Origin: Chrysochromulina tobinii
Lineage: Eukaryota
Assembly: GCA_001275005.1 (NCBI GenBank)
Contig: JWZX01003409.1
Span: forward strand, 1 to 64,000
DNA: 64,000 bases
Direction: 5' to 3'
The first letter of the stretch is position 1, and each line of letters starts with the position of its first letter. Position numbers and translations under genes: made by a program. The notes beneath the pieces are model-generated. The model ran no database searches. It was not told the DNA's origin and saw only the letters and a list, made by a program, of their open reading frames with translations. Positions 22,963 to 33,400 of the stretch are shown here, piece after piece.

Positions 22963-23263
22963 GGATGCGACCCGGTGCTGTGCACCCCCTGCAGACGACC
23001 TAAATGCGGTTTGTGTTCACACCGTACACGGGAGTCTTTATTACTCATTCACAACCCACCAACACGCACGACACATAAACAGCCACGTTCACACACGCTG
23101 TGTGGGGGGACTTACCGGTACACAAATCGGCGAACGGCCGACCGCCGTCATGGGCTCCAACATTTCTGAATGTTGTGTATTTTGACTACGTGAGCTCGCC
23201 TCAATCGACGCTTGGGCCACTCACTGACAACTCACCTACACAGACATCGCGACGTCGATCCTA

Positions 23264-24034
23264 TTACGGTCCCTCGCCCGCGGACTGCAATGGAACGAGG
23301 GGTGGGCGCGGCACGTCGGACCGCGATTCCGTATACAAAGGGGCCCAAATTTCTTCAGCGACTGCCAGCCGACGGCCCGATGGACTTTGAACCACGCTGT
23401 GCTGCCTCTTGCGATCGGCGTGTGCCGTGTACGTCCACGTCATGTCGGGCAGCAAAACAGAGCACAGCCGGCGAAGGTGGCCCGCCACCTCATGCTGCGC
23501 GGCCGCATCCGCGGCGGTGCGCGTCCAAACGCCCAGGCGCGCACCCGTCTTGCGTATTGCGAGCTCGGCACCACAAATCTCGAGCACATCTGAAGCCAGC
23601 TGCTCGCCAATCAACGCAAGCACGAGTGCCTGCCATGTCGCATCGACAACTTCTCCACCAACGTGCGCACGCTCGAGAGTCAGTGACCACGCACCACCAC
23701 TCGGCCACGCCTCCCAGCTGGGCTGTAGGCCCTCGCGAAAAAAGTAGGTCGTCGTGCCGACGTGCCACCTGGATGGTGGAGCGAGCTGGGCCCACAGCGC
23801 CCAGAAATCCTCGACGAAGGCAAACGGCGGGAGCATGTGCCGCCCATTTTTCCAGCTCGCACTGGATGTCGAAACCTTGCATGGAGATGAGGACGAGGGC
23901 GTACACACAGATACTCCGCAGACGGAAAACTCCCACGGACGATGCAACAAGTGCTTCTTGGCATCATACATGAGCTGAGACGAAGGCCTTTCTGCAAAAT
24001 GTGCTCGACTTTCTTGTTGAAATACCCGCGTCAA
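23264..24034 (-). CDS. eIF4E-family cap-binding protein (divergent); 5' end uncertain
   Basis: H.L..PW, VEDFWALW, YFFREGLQPSWE, GGAW, W..LVLALIGE, ICGA, LGVWT motifs. Confidence 0.85.
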   Translation of the reverse strand: MTRVFQQESRAHFAERPSSQLMYDAKKHLLHRPWEFSVCGVSVCTPSSSSPCKVSTSSASWKNGRHMLPPFAFVEDFWALWAQLAPPSRWHVGTTTYFFREGLQPSWEAWPSGGAWSLTLERAHVGGEVVDATWQALVLALIGEQLASDVLEICGAELAIRKTGARLGVWTRTAADAAAQHEVAGHLRRLCSVLLPDMTWTYTAHADRKRQHSVVQSPSGRRLAVAEEIWAPLYTESRSDVPRPPLVPLQSAGEGP

Positions 24035-24136
24035 CCGAAATGAGAAGTGGCATGGGGCTGGGAGAATCGGCTGTTATACATGTGCATTGTACTCGGCCGA
24101 TTCCGGATCGCTCTGAAGTAAGATCGCCACAGGAGA

Positions 24137-25216
24137 TCATATCGGATCACCCCGTGCACTCGAAAGGTGCCGCACGTGCTCAAGAGCCACCTCGCTCAAC
24201 GGCTCGCGCGCAGCGCCCCGCGCCCCGCCGATAACCTCGGCATGGGCAAAGAGGGGCAGCTCGAGCACCTCTTCGAGCGTGCGCGGCGGCCGCTTCTCCT
24301 TGCGCGCAGGCGTACGCAGCATCTCGTCGAGAGTGTCGCGGACAGCACGCGGGCAGCTGGGCGGGAAGACGGCGGGAATTCCATCAAGCTCGAAGCCGCA
24401 GGCCACCTCGTACAGGCAGAGCGCGAGCGCGGCGGCCGCCGGCTCGAGCGCGCGCGCCAGATCGTTGGCGAACTCCGCCAGGTGCGACGGCAGTCCCAGC
24501 AGACCTTGTTCCCACTCAGCCAATAACGGCCGTTCGCCTCGCAAGAAGATGTTGCCGCAGTGCACGTGCAGGCACGCACGAGCACCGAGCGGCCGGAGCA
24601 CGAGCAGCCCGTCGATGAGCGCCCGCCCGATGGAAGCGCATTTGCTCTCCGAGAGCGGCGAACCCACGCGATCATACTTGGAGTGCACCAACGACTCCGG
24701 GCTCACACCGTGAATTACGTCGCGCAGCGAGCCCGCGGCGCACCACTCCCGCACGACTATGAGCCGATCATCGCGCGGGAGGTCGACAGTCAGAATGGGC
24801 AGCAGCAGGGGATTCGACGTGCTCAGCTCGAGAGCGCGCAGCAGGTGGTGGCGCTCGTGAATGGGCACCGAGCAAACCGTGACAGACGCGACTACAAGCT
24901 GAGGCTGCGAGCCAGCCAGCCATCTCCACCAGCTGCTACCTGGTGGACTGCCGCCGCTCGAGTCCGCGTAGTCGAGGCCACTCGCACTGGCGCTGCGCCT
25001 GCGCGTCAGCCAGCAAAATGACTTCTGCTGACGCAAGCCGACCTGCCCGATTGACTTGGAGAACTCAAACGAGCCAGAGGAGCGGCACCACATTGCCGCG
25101 TACAGGGTTGGTGAGAGCTCGCCGCTTGCGACCACGTCATCATCCGCAGCGCTCAGGCGCACGGACTCCTCGAGCGAGCCGCCTTTGGAGCCGCAGCAGC
25201 AGCAAAGTGAGGACAT
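24137..25216 (-). CDS. PXK/Slob-like pseudokinase with N-terminal Cys cluster
   Basis: MSSLCCCCG start; GLRQQK, VVRE...GSLRDVIH, HVHCGNIFL, E..LLGLP motifs; canonical HRD/DFG absent. Confidence 0.7.
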   Translation of the reverse strand: MSSLCCCCGSKGGSLEESVRLSAADDDVVASGELSPTLYAAMWCRSSGSFEFSKSIGQVGLRQQKSFCWLTRRRSASASGLDYADSSGGSPPGSSWWRWLAGSQPQLVVASVTVCSVPIHERHHLLRALELSTSNPLLLPILTVDLPRDDRLIVVREWCAAGSLRDVIHGVSPESLVHSKYDRVGSPLSESKCASIGRALIDGLLVLRPLGARACLHVHCGNIFLRGERPLLAEWEQGLLGLPSHLAEFANDLARALEPAAAALALCLYEVACGFELDGIPAVFPPSCPRAVRDTLDEMLRTPARKEKRPPRTLEEVLELPLFAHAEVIGGARGAAREPLSEVALEHVRHLSSARGDPI

Positions 25217-25518
25217 GTGATATCCCACGAACGGAGAGTGACTGCCGAAAGGAGATGCCGAATTTGGCACAAACTTGCATACGAGTCTGCGCAATTCGGG
25301 GGAGAGGGGGGCAGGGTGGGGGGCGTTGGGGCGTAGGATGTTCGGGAGAGGAAACCGATTAAAAGAACAATCTGGAAGTTCTGTGTGGTCCAAAAATCGA
25401 CTTTGCGTCCTCTTCTGGCTCCTTCGGGGAGCACTGGAGACGAACAGAAGGGGCGGGCGTCGACACGAGGTCGCGCCCTCATTGATTGGTGGATTTGGAG
25501 CGGCAGCCGCTGGGCGCG

Positions 25519-27270
25519 ATGCAGCTGGGACGCGTGGACACATACAAGAACCTTGCCCCGTACGGTGGCGATCGCCATGCCAAGGGGCCGACGTCTTTCC
25601 AAAAGGGGCCGACGTCTTCGCATCCTGATGATTCAACCACGGCCATGCGTGTGGCGCTGCAGAAAATGGATAAGCGGCTTGAGAAGATGAATGACGCGCT
25701 CGAGGCCAAGGCCGACTTTTACGAGGACATAAAGCATGGCATGCAGGAGATGAAGGAAGAGCTGCAGCAGATCGAGGTGCTTGCGGGGCAGAGGAAAGCG
25801 AAGGAGAACGTGGCGCGCATCTCCTCGGCTGTGCTAAACCTGACTGACACCTTCGATTCGCTCGACCGCAACGAGTCGGGCTCCATCGACGTCACCGAGC
25901 TAAGGCGAGGCTTGCACACCCTCGGGATGGATAGTCACTCTGCACAGGCGTCCGCTATCATCGAAAGGTACACGAGAGACCAGACGATCGACATCAAGGT
26001 GTTCACGACGCTGGTGAAAGACATCCACATGCTCCTCACCTTTGACCGCGACGGCTCGGGCACCCTCGATGTCGACGAGCTCAAGGAGGCGCTAGTGCAG
26101 CTCGGCATGAATGTGTCGGACCGCAACGTGGCCAAGATTGCGCGCGCGTGGGACGCAGACGGCTCGGGAAAGCTTGACCTGCTCGAGTTCACCGACCTGG
26201 TGCGCACGCTGCAAACCTTCATGAAGTACGATAAGGACGGCAGCGGAGATATCGATCTAGAAGAGATACGGCCAGCCCTCCGTAGGCTCGGGATCCCGGC
26301 GGAAACGAAGATGACCAACGCCATCCTGAATTGGTATGACAACGACGAGTCAGGCAAAATCGAGCTGCACGAGTTCGCGGTGCTCGTGCGCGACGCGAGC
26401 GTGTTTGCTTCGTACGATAAGGACCACTCTGGCGCGCTCGACATTCATGAGCTGCGTCCCGCGCTCGCGAAGCTCGGGCTGGCGGCCAGCGAAGACGAAG
26501 TTCGTCAGATCATCAAAGCGTGGGACGACAACGGCAATGGCACCATCAACCTGCTCGAGTTCGCGGAGATCGTCCGCGACCTGCAGGTCTTCGAGCAGTT
26601 CGATCTCGACCGGAGCGGCTCCATCACTGCCGCCGAGCTACGCGTCGCCCTAGGCAAGCTCGGCAAGAATGTGTCGCACCATGGCGCGCAGGATCTGCTC
26701 AATCAGTATGACCTGGACTCGAGCGGCACGATCGAATTCTCTGAGTTCCGAAAGCTGGCCGAGGACCTGCCCTCGCTCGTCGAGCGCAAGCCCGACTCGT
26801 TCTTCCGCGAGCACGGGCAGGAGCGCGCGTACGTACACTGGGAGGATGTGCTCGACGAGGACATGCACATCGACCTCGATCAGAGTTTCGTTAAGGGCGC
26901 CAAGAGCATGAAGAAGAGGAGCGGGCAGAGTGTCGGCGCGTTGAAGATGCAATCCGGCTCCGTGCTCGGCGCCGCCAGCACAGCGCCCACGTCCGTGCTC
27001 GGCGGGGCCAGCATTCTCAGCGGCGCCAGCGTGCTAGGCGGCGGGGGGGTTGCAGGCCCGGAGGTGGGGTCCGCCGTGAAACGTGATGCCGTCGCCGCAG
27101 CGTTGCGAACGGCGACGTCGCCAAGCAACGCCTTCGACAGCCGCTTGTTCAGCGCCCGCCCTGGATCGCTTGCCAAGCGAGATTCGCTTCGTGACGTGCG
27201 ACCGACGCGATTGCTCAACAGCACGGCCGAGCCGACGCTACACATAAGCAAGAAGATTATGATGGATTGA
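25519..27270 (+). CDS. Multi-EF-hand calcium-binding protein (about 10 EF loops)
   Basis: Repeated DxDxSGxIDxxE loops. Confidence 0.9.
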   Translation: MQLGRVDTYKNLAPYGGDRHAKGPTSFQKGPTSSHPDDSTTAMRVALQKMDKRLEKMNDALEAKADFYEDIKHGMQEMKEELQQIEVLAGQRKAKENVARISSAVLNLTDTFDSLDRNESGSIDVTELRRGLHTLGMDSHSAQASAIIERYTRDQTIDIKVFTTLVKDIHMLLTFDRDGSGTLDVDELKEALVQLGMNVSDRNVAKIARAWDADGSGKLDLLEFTDLVRTLQTFMKYDKDGSGDIDLEEIRPALRRLGIPAETKMTNAILNWYDNDESGKIELHEFAVLVRDASVFASYDKDHSGALDIHELRPALAKLGLAASEDEVRQIIKAWDDNGNGTINLLEFAEIVRDLQVFEQFDLDRSGSITAAELRVALGKLGKNVSHHGAQDLLNQYDLDSSGTIEFSEFRKLAEDLPSLVERKPDSFFREHGQERAYVHWEDVLDEDMHIDLDQSFVKGAKSMKKRSGQSVGALKMQSGSVLGAASTAPTSVLGGASILSGASVLGGGGVAGPEVGSAVKRDAVAAALRTATSPSNAFDSRLFSARPGSLAKRDSLRDVRPTRLLNSTAEPTLHISKKIMMD

Positions 27271-27611
27271 GGTGATCTGGAGGTGCATGCGGCTCACAAT
27301 ATGATGGCTCGTTCTCACGCTCAACGTTATGGCTGGCCTCATCATGATACTATTTATGTCAGCGTTGCTGTACGCGTTCTGCGGCGGTCCGGTGACACGC
27401 GCCTTGGTGTACATGTATACGGAATACGAATCGTGAATACCGCGGAGGGTCGCACTCGAGACACGAGTCTCTCGAGGCCGAAAGTCAACAGCCAGTTCAC
27501 ACACCCTTGCAAATTTTTTCCGCATAGATGCCTGATCGGAGAGGTGAAGGCCCATCACCTCTCGCGCCGAAGTCCCGGCGGACCGAGGTCCCAACACCCA
27601 ACTTGCCCGCC

Positions 27612-28397
27612 ATGATGCTTGAGAGCGCCCAGCGCTTCACCGAAGATCTTGTGAAATCGGTTCGCTCCCTCGTGCGCCAAGACGGTGAGGCCTCATCGCC
27701 TCCCACGGTTCCGAGCGGCAGCACTTCTAGTATTGCAGCGTGGGAGGACACAGAGAATGAGGCGTTCGACACAACAGGCGCATCGGGACCGGCAGTGACT
27801 GGTGACGATGGTGAAAGTGCAGCAGAGCGCGCTGCCGCCGCCGTGGTCGAGGAGGAGCCACCCGCGTTGCCCTCTGCCTCGTGGACCCTCTTTGGCGATG
27901 GGCTGCAGAGCGCGGTGGTAGGGCAGTTGTCCAGCTTCGTCATCGAGAGCTTCGACGCGACGGGCGCTCGCCGGCAGCAGGGCGGCGACAAATTCAAGGT
28001 CTCGCTCACCGGTGCAGCCGAAGTACGGACACGCGTCTTCGATGAGGGTGACGGTCGGTATACGTGCGAGTTCCGGTGCCCGTCATCAGGCAAGTACTGG
28101 CTCGCGGTGAAAGCGCACAGCACACACCTGCCAGGTAGCCCCTTCTTGCTGGACGTCAAGGCCCTCTCGCTCAAGGAGTACAAGGAGCACCGCGCCAAGG
28201 AGGTTGTCGTCCTCAAAGAGAAGCGGAAGCAAAAGGAGCGCGAACGGGGAGCGAGGAGGGACGACAAGGAACGTCCGCCGTCGCCACGGATCAACGCGGC
28301 CGAGCAGCTCGCAAAGGCGTATGAGCTCGCATTGCAGATAGCCCGGGGCGGCGCGAAGAGTCGCCCTCAGGATCAGCTCGAGTGCGCCCCGGATTGA
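27612..28397 (+). CDS. Filamin-repeat (Ig-like) protein
   Basis: GDGL..AVVGQ.SSFVIE.FD..G.R...GGDKFKV..G...D.GDGRY..GSPF. Confidence 0.85.
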   Translation: MMLESAQRFTEDLVKSVRSLVRQDGEASSPPTVPSGSTSSIAAWEDTENEAFDTTGASGPAVTGDDGESAAERAAAAVVEEEPPALPSASWTLFGDGLQSAVVGQLSSFVIESFDATGARRQQGGDKFKVSLTGAAEVRTRVFDEGDGRYTCEFRCPSSGKYWLAVKAHSTHLPGSPFLLDVKALSLKEYKEHRAKEVVVLKEKRKQKERERGARRDDKERPPSPRINAAEQLAKAYELALQIARGGAKSRPQDQLECAPD

Positions 28398-28776
28398 TCG
28401 AGCTCGAGGGCCAGCAACGAAGATCGCGCAGGGACGCGTTTCCGGCGCACTGAGAAAGTGCAGACCTGAGCAGACCCGACTCATGACATCTACATGTTAG
28501 GATACAACCCTTCAGATATCAACCCTTCAGATATAGATATAACCGACAGTACCGCGGGTACCGTACGGTCGGTTATAATCAATTGAGTTTGAGATAAAAT
28601 ATGTGCACCGTAAGGTACCCCACCACGTCGATATGTATGAGGAAACGTAACCAGCGTGTAGCTGTGTGTGTTGACGTTGTAAGCGGACCAACTTTCGGGA
28701 TACGTGGTCAACGAGTCAGTCGCGTCAGATTGCATGGTGTTTCACAACTTGACTTGGGAGCTGCGGCGATCAACGT

Positions 28777-29475
28777 ATGGCAACGCGGTGGGTGTCCATG
28801 GCTCAGCTCATAGCGTGTACGGACGTTTGCGCATTGACTTTGGCGACTGAGAACAAGCTCAAGGTTCTGTGCCTACATGGGTACGCTCAGAACGCTGAAA
28901 TCTTTCGTGACCGGAGCGGAGGATTCCGGAAGCCACTCAAAAAGAGCATGTATGAGATGCACTACGTCGATGGCCTCTTTGGATGCACAAAGGATGGCGA
29001 GGACGAGGCAGAGGCCGACGCCGATCCGATGCGCCGCGCGTGGTGGCGAGGAAGCTCGGCGGAGCTGAGTTACAAGGGATGGGACGAGACACATCAACTA
29101 CTCACGCAGATGTGGCTCCGCGAAGACTTTGATGGCGTCATCGGTTTCTCGCAGGGGGCGGCCGCCGCCGCCATGCTCTGTGCCGAGAGGAAGCCCATGT
29201 TTGGAATGTTTGTGTCGGGCTTCGTGCCACGTGATCGCCACGCTGCAGCTGCGTTGTTGGCGGGGGTGCGCGATGTGCCCACGCTGCACGTCTTCGGCGA
29301 GAGCGACGAGCTAGTGACGCCCGAAAGGTCGCGGGCGCTCGCGGATCTCTTTGATGGCGCGAGTGTCATCGTGCACGAAGGCGGGCACATGATTCCGTCG
29401 AGTGCGCATGTGCGCACGCAGGTGCTCAGCTTTTTGGATTCGGTAACGCCGTCCCTGTTGGATCCCCTGAAGTGA
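28777..29475 (+). CDS. FSH1/OVCA2-like serine hydrolase
   Basis: LCLHGYAQNA, GFSQGA nucleophile, GESD, HEGGH. Confidence 0.92.
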   Translation: MATRWVSMAQLIACTDVCALTLATENKLKVLCLHGYAQNAEIFRDRSGGFRKPLKKSMYEMHYVDGLFGCTKDGEDEAEADADPMRRAWWRGSSAELSYKGWDETHQLLTQMWLREDFDGVIGFSQGAAAAAMLCAERKPMFGMFVSGFVPRDRHAAAALLAGVRDVPTLHVFGESDELVTPERSRALADLFDGASVIVHEGGHMIPSSAHVRTQVLSFLDSVTPSLLDPLK

Positions 29476-29645
29476 CTAGCACAAAGATCGATCTGCGCAC
29501 AACAGACAGCGCAGAAAAAATGAGGAGGAGGCAGCCTCCCTGGCTATAACGGTGAAGCATAAGTGCAGGAGCGTAAAACAGAAACTGCTGTGCTCGGAAT
29601 TTGACAATGGAAATTGGAATTTGAAATACCCGATTTGGAATCTGT

Positions 29646-29725
29646 AAAAAGACACCGGGGGGAGCCGGGACACACACGAGCGACGAGGAATCTGTACGCT
29701 TAGGTATGAGGTACAGTGTATCCCG
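29646..29725. mobile_element. Degenerate second copy of the TIR element at 33164-33320
   Basis: aaaaagacaccggggggagccgggacacacac arm plus remnant opposite arm gtgtatcccg at 29716-29725. Confidence 0.6.
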
Positions 29726-29850
29726 ATCAACAATCACGACGACACACATTACCGAGGACGCGGTTGGAGCTTAGCCATCATGCGGCCTTGACGCTCGGAG
29801 AAAGGCTTTCACGCTCACACCCAAAAGGTGTGGTCGCCTCTTGCCTTCTC

Positions 29851-30513
29851 ATGTTCATCTTGGCGTTTGTGGCAGCGGCGGCGTCCGTACCGGAATACTC
29901 TTTGCAAACAGGAGACCTCCTTTTCGTCCAACCTCCACTTGATGCAACGCTGCCGCTCGATTCCGCGATTCTCGCCACCGGGGCGGCGACCATAGCCTGG
30001 CTGCGCTCGCAAGGCGTCCCAGTTGCGTCGAATGAGACGGTGGTGCACGTTGCCCTAGTTTATCGCGACACGCAGTCTGACCGGGTGACGCTCGTGGAGG
30101 CCACTCCGCCTGTCGTCACGCAGACACCGGCACGCTCCTTTTTCGAGTCGTGGATCAATGCTTCCACATTCTTCCTTGGTCGCCTCAAAGATCCAGACGT
30201 GCGTGCCCATGGCGCTGAAGCGGTAGGCGCTGCGCTTCAGCAGCTTGGTAAGCCATATGCCGACGACTTTGGCACACCACCACAGGAATTTTACTGCAGC
30301 AGCCTTGTCACCTGGGCGTATGGGAAGGCGACTGGCAAAGACGTGAATGTATTCGTGGATCAGCCCTTTACACTCATCTTTGAACCGCTCGAGTTTTGGG
30401 AGCAATACTACTCGGACATGAATATGACTTTGCCGCTCAACGTCACGGGTTCCAACCCGACACTGCTCCTCCACTCTCCGCGCGTCGAATTTTCACGGCT
30501 GGGCTATACATAG
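29851..30513 (+). CDS. Permuted papain-like amidase (YiiX/YebB, NlpC/P60 superfamily), secreted
   Basis: Signal peptide; LQTGDLLF, HVALV (His) preceding FYCSSLV (Cys); GKPY. Confidence 0.85.
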   Translation: MFILAFVAAAASVPEYSLQTGDLLFVQPPLDATLPLDSAILATGAATIAWLRSQGVPVASNETVVHVALVYRDTQSDRVTLVEATPPVVTQTPARSFFESWINASTFFLGRLKDPDVRAHGAEAVGAALQQLGKPYADDFGTPPQEFYCSSLVTWAYGKATGKDVNVFVDQPFTLIFEPLEFWEQYYSDMNMTLPLNVTGSNPTLLLHSPRVEFSRLGYT

Positions 30514-30811
30514 TCATTACGTTACACGAGTCACGACAGCGGTGCCCGGGTGGGCCGGCTTAGTAAAAAGAAATTGATCCGCGGACTGAACACCGATTTG
30601 AACAACGAGCGTGCGCTCGGCTCGAAAACGCTGCTCCGTCTCTCGGTAAGCTCTCCAGCCCCATCCTCGCACGGGCACACGACCGAGATACGAAACACGC
30701 ACCAATCGAAATACAGTCCGCCGAGAGCCACCGAGACCGGGCACACGTTTACGGCGCGGTACCGAAAAAAGAGCATACGAGACGCGCTCTCTAAGCGACG
30801 TAGTACGCTGT

Positions 30812-33052
30812 CTAAGCACGCCCCCTCCGCTTTGAGCTGCCCTCACTGCATGTGAGCTGCTTGAAGAGCACCTCCTTCGCCTCGGAGCATTCTCGCATCT
30901 TACGCTCCGCGCGCGCCTTGAGGCCCTTGTACCGGTCAGGATGCCACTGCTTCGCAAGCTTCCGATACTGCTTGATGACCCAGGAGCATTGGTCTTCGGG
31001 CTTGAGGTCTCCGAGGTTCGCAGGCAGCTCGAGGACTGAACGGTGGTTGCGCCCGCTGTTCGGGTCGCCCGCGTGCCCGCACCGATTGTCATGCCATGCC
31101 TTTTGATCCGAAGGGTCGATGCACCGCCATTTTCTCTGCAGCTCCAGCACACGGCGCAAGTTGCCTTCAAGCGCCTGCGCGGCCTCCTTAGGGGCGCCGG
31201 GACCGCTCGAGAGTTCAGAGGCAGCGCGCAGGTCCGCAACAGCCTCGTCGAAGTTCTGGTCGGCTTCGTGGGCGACTGCACGCGCCTCGAGAGCCTCACG
31301 CACGCGTGCGGGGTGCACTTGCACTCCGGGCCCAGGCGTCGACAGCGCGCTGTAGGCAGTCTGGCAGTCCTCCATCGCCTCCACGTGCTTCTTCATCGCG
31401 GACCGTGCGCGGCATAGCTTGAGCAGCACCTGGGCTCGAAGGAGCGTGTTGCCCACGTCCATGCCCCTCAACTTAGCAAGCACCGTGTCCAGCTCGGCGA
31501 CGGCACGGTGGTTGTAGCCCTTGACCACCTGCTCCTCGGCAGAGGCCATGAGCTGCAACACCGCCTTGAGCTGCTTGTATTGGGTGCGCACCTCTTCTTG
31601 ATCAGGGTCGTACTTGAGCACACTCGCGAGGAAGCTGAGGGCCTTCTTGCCATCTCCCTGCTCGAGCGCGGCGGCGGACCCAAGGGCGACAGCGAGCATC
31701 CGCGGCTGGCCTCGTAGCCACGGGCTGTACGTCGCCGTCGCCTCCACCACGCGGGCGGCCGCTCGCTGTGCACTGCCCCATCGGCCAAGCATCTGGTGGC
31801 AGCGCGCTTCGAGAAGCTGGAGACGTGCCGACGAGCGAAGATCGCGCGGCAGCCGCTCGAGCGCGTCGAGTGCCGCCTGCCACTGCTCCGTGCGCACCGA
31901 CGTGAAGAAGGGTAGCAGGGCCCGCTCAGCCACCATCATCTGGACCACGCCCTCGCGTGCCGCATTGACTTCCTCCGCGCTCAGAGTCGCACCGTCGGGA
32001 TGAGCGAGGAGACGCGTGTACAGGACGCCGGCCTCACGGAATGAGGCCGCGCTTCGGTGCTCCCCGGCGCGTCGCAGTAACTCGGGCGGACTCGTGCTGG
32101 GGCGCGCTGCCAACCACTCCGCCAACCACACAGGCGAGCCAGTCATCCGCGCCTGTACAATCTCGCTCAGCTTTCGCACCTCGTCGGCGGAGTGCAGCCC
32201 ATGCGCAGAGCAGAACTCGTACACCGCATGCGGCCCGTCCTCGTGGCTGTTGCGCACCACAAGCTTCTTTGTGAGCACTCCGCTGCCATCGTTGGCCGGT
32301 CCACGCAGCTGAAGCTCTAGCTCGAACAGCGCCGGTGACGGCTTCGCTTCCACGAGCAGTCTGTCGTCATCCATGCTGGCTTGCAGGTAGGCCGACCAGT
32401 CTGCTTCGTCCCGAGCCGCGCGCGCCCTCGCCTCCTGCAGCGCGAGAGCCTCCTCGACTCGCCGAGCCTCAGCGGCCGCCGCCTCCCGCGCCTCCTGCGC
32501 CTCGAGCATCCTTTGCTGCTTGAGCTTCTGCATGGCCGTGGCAAGGAGCTGCTTCAGGTCCGCCACGGTGGTCTCATCCAAGCCTTCACGCAGCACGAGG
32601 GCTCCTGATGCAGGTGAGGGCATCACGCGAGCGGCGGGAGGCAGGAGCGCGCGGATCAAGTGGGCCGCGGCCTGGTCGTGCTCGCCGTCTTTCGCAAGCT
32701 CGGCGGCCTTCTTCTTGTACGCTCCAGCAGTACGCAGCAGCAGACTAGCCGGCGCCTCGTGCGAAATCGCTGCAGCATCCTGCGCGAACATGTTCGCGAG
32801 ACTAAGCACCGAGTCAACATCCTCAATCCCATGGCGCTCTGCGAAAATCACGCTCGCTATTGCCGGATCTTGCGAACGAAGCATCACCGCCGCGGCCTCC
32901 TGCCCTGAGGTGAACTTTATACTCCGAGACAGTACGACAGTATCGTCAGCGATCTGCTCTGCTGATTGCAAGCTTTCCTCGTCAGCAGATGCGAGAGCGA
33001 GAAGAAGTACGGCGAGCGTGGGGAGAAAGAGCGGTGCGCTGCCACGTCGCAT
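30812..33052 (-). CDS. DNAJC3/P58IPK-like ER TPR + J-domain protein
   Basis: Signal peptide, TPR helices, C-terminal J domain YRKLAKQWHPD. Confidence 0.85.
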   Translation of the reverse strand: MRRGSAPLFLPTLAVLLLALASADEESLQSAEQIADDTVVLSRSIKFTSGQEAAAVMLRSQDPAIASVIFAERHGIEDVDSVLSLANMFAQDAAAISHEAPASLLLRTAGAYKKKAAELAKDGEHDQAAAHLIRALLPPAARVMPSPASGALVLREGLDETTVADLKQLLATAMQKLKQQRMLEAQEAREAAAAEARRVEEALALQEARARAARDEADWSAYLQASMDDDRLLVEAKPSPALFELELQLRGPANDGSGVLTKKLVVRNSHEDGPHAVYEFCSAHGLHSADEVRKLSEIVQARMTGSPVWLAEWLAARPSTSPPELLRRAGEHRSAASFREAGVLYTRLLAHPDGATLSAEEVNAAREGVVQMMVAERALLPFFTSVRTEQWQAALDALERLPRDLRSSARLQLLEARCHQMLGRWGSAQRAAARVVEATATYSPWLRGQPRMLAVALGSAAALEQGDGKKALSFLASVLKYDPDQEEVRTQYKQLKAVLQLMASAEEQVVKGYNHRAVAELDTVLAKLRGMDVGNTLLRAQVLLKLCRARSAMKKHVEAMEDCQTAYSALSTPGPGVQVHPARVREALEARAVAHEADQNFDEAVADLRAASELSSGPGAPKEAAQALEGNLRRVLELQRKWRCIDPSDQKAWHDNRCGHAGDPNSGRNHRSVLELPANLGDLKPEDQCSWVIKQYRKLAKQWHPDRYKGLKARAERKMRECSEAKEVLFKQLTCSEGSSKRRGRA

Positions 33053-33163
33053 GGATGTTCAGAAATCGACCTTTTGCTCATTTTCGGCGCGAGCGACAAA
33101 TTTGGAAGGCGTTCACACTGTCGCAGTTAGCCAAGATTTTTCAAAGTGGCTTCTACAGCGATG

Positions 33164-33320
33164 TACCGGTACTGTACCGGTTCAAAAACACCGGGGGGAG
33201 CCGGGATACACGCGGGTCATCGCGTGGTCGTGCGCGCGTCGGTGAGTCGGTTCGATTCTGAGGTTCGTCTGTGTGTGTCCCGGCTCCCCCCGGTATTTTT
33301 GAACTGTACGAGTACCGGTA
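33164..33320. mobile_element. MITE-like element with ~48-bp terminal inverted repeats and TA at both ends
   Basis: taccggtactgtaccggttcaaaaacaccggggggagccgggatacac (33164-33211) is a near-perfect reverse complement of 33273-33320. Confidence 0.75.
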
Positions 33321-33400
33321 TATGCCTGCCGCTCGCGATTGTACCCGGTAGCGTGATTTCACGCGCGTGGACGTCATCACTCGAGGAAAGAGGGCCGTCG

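Noticed and set aside
33212..33272. tRNA gene
   Set aside because: Only a T-arm-like motif; no acceptor or anticodon stems
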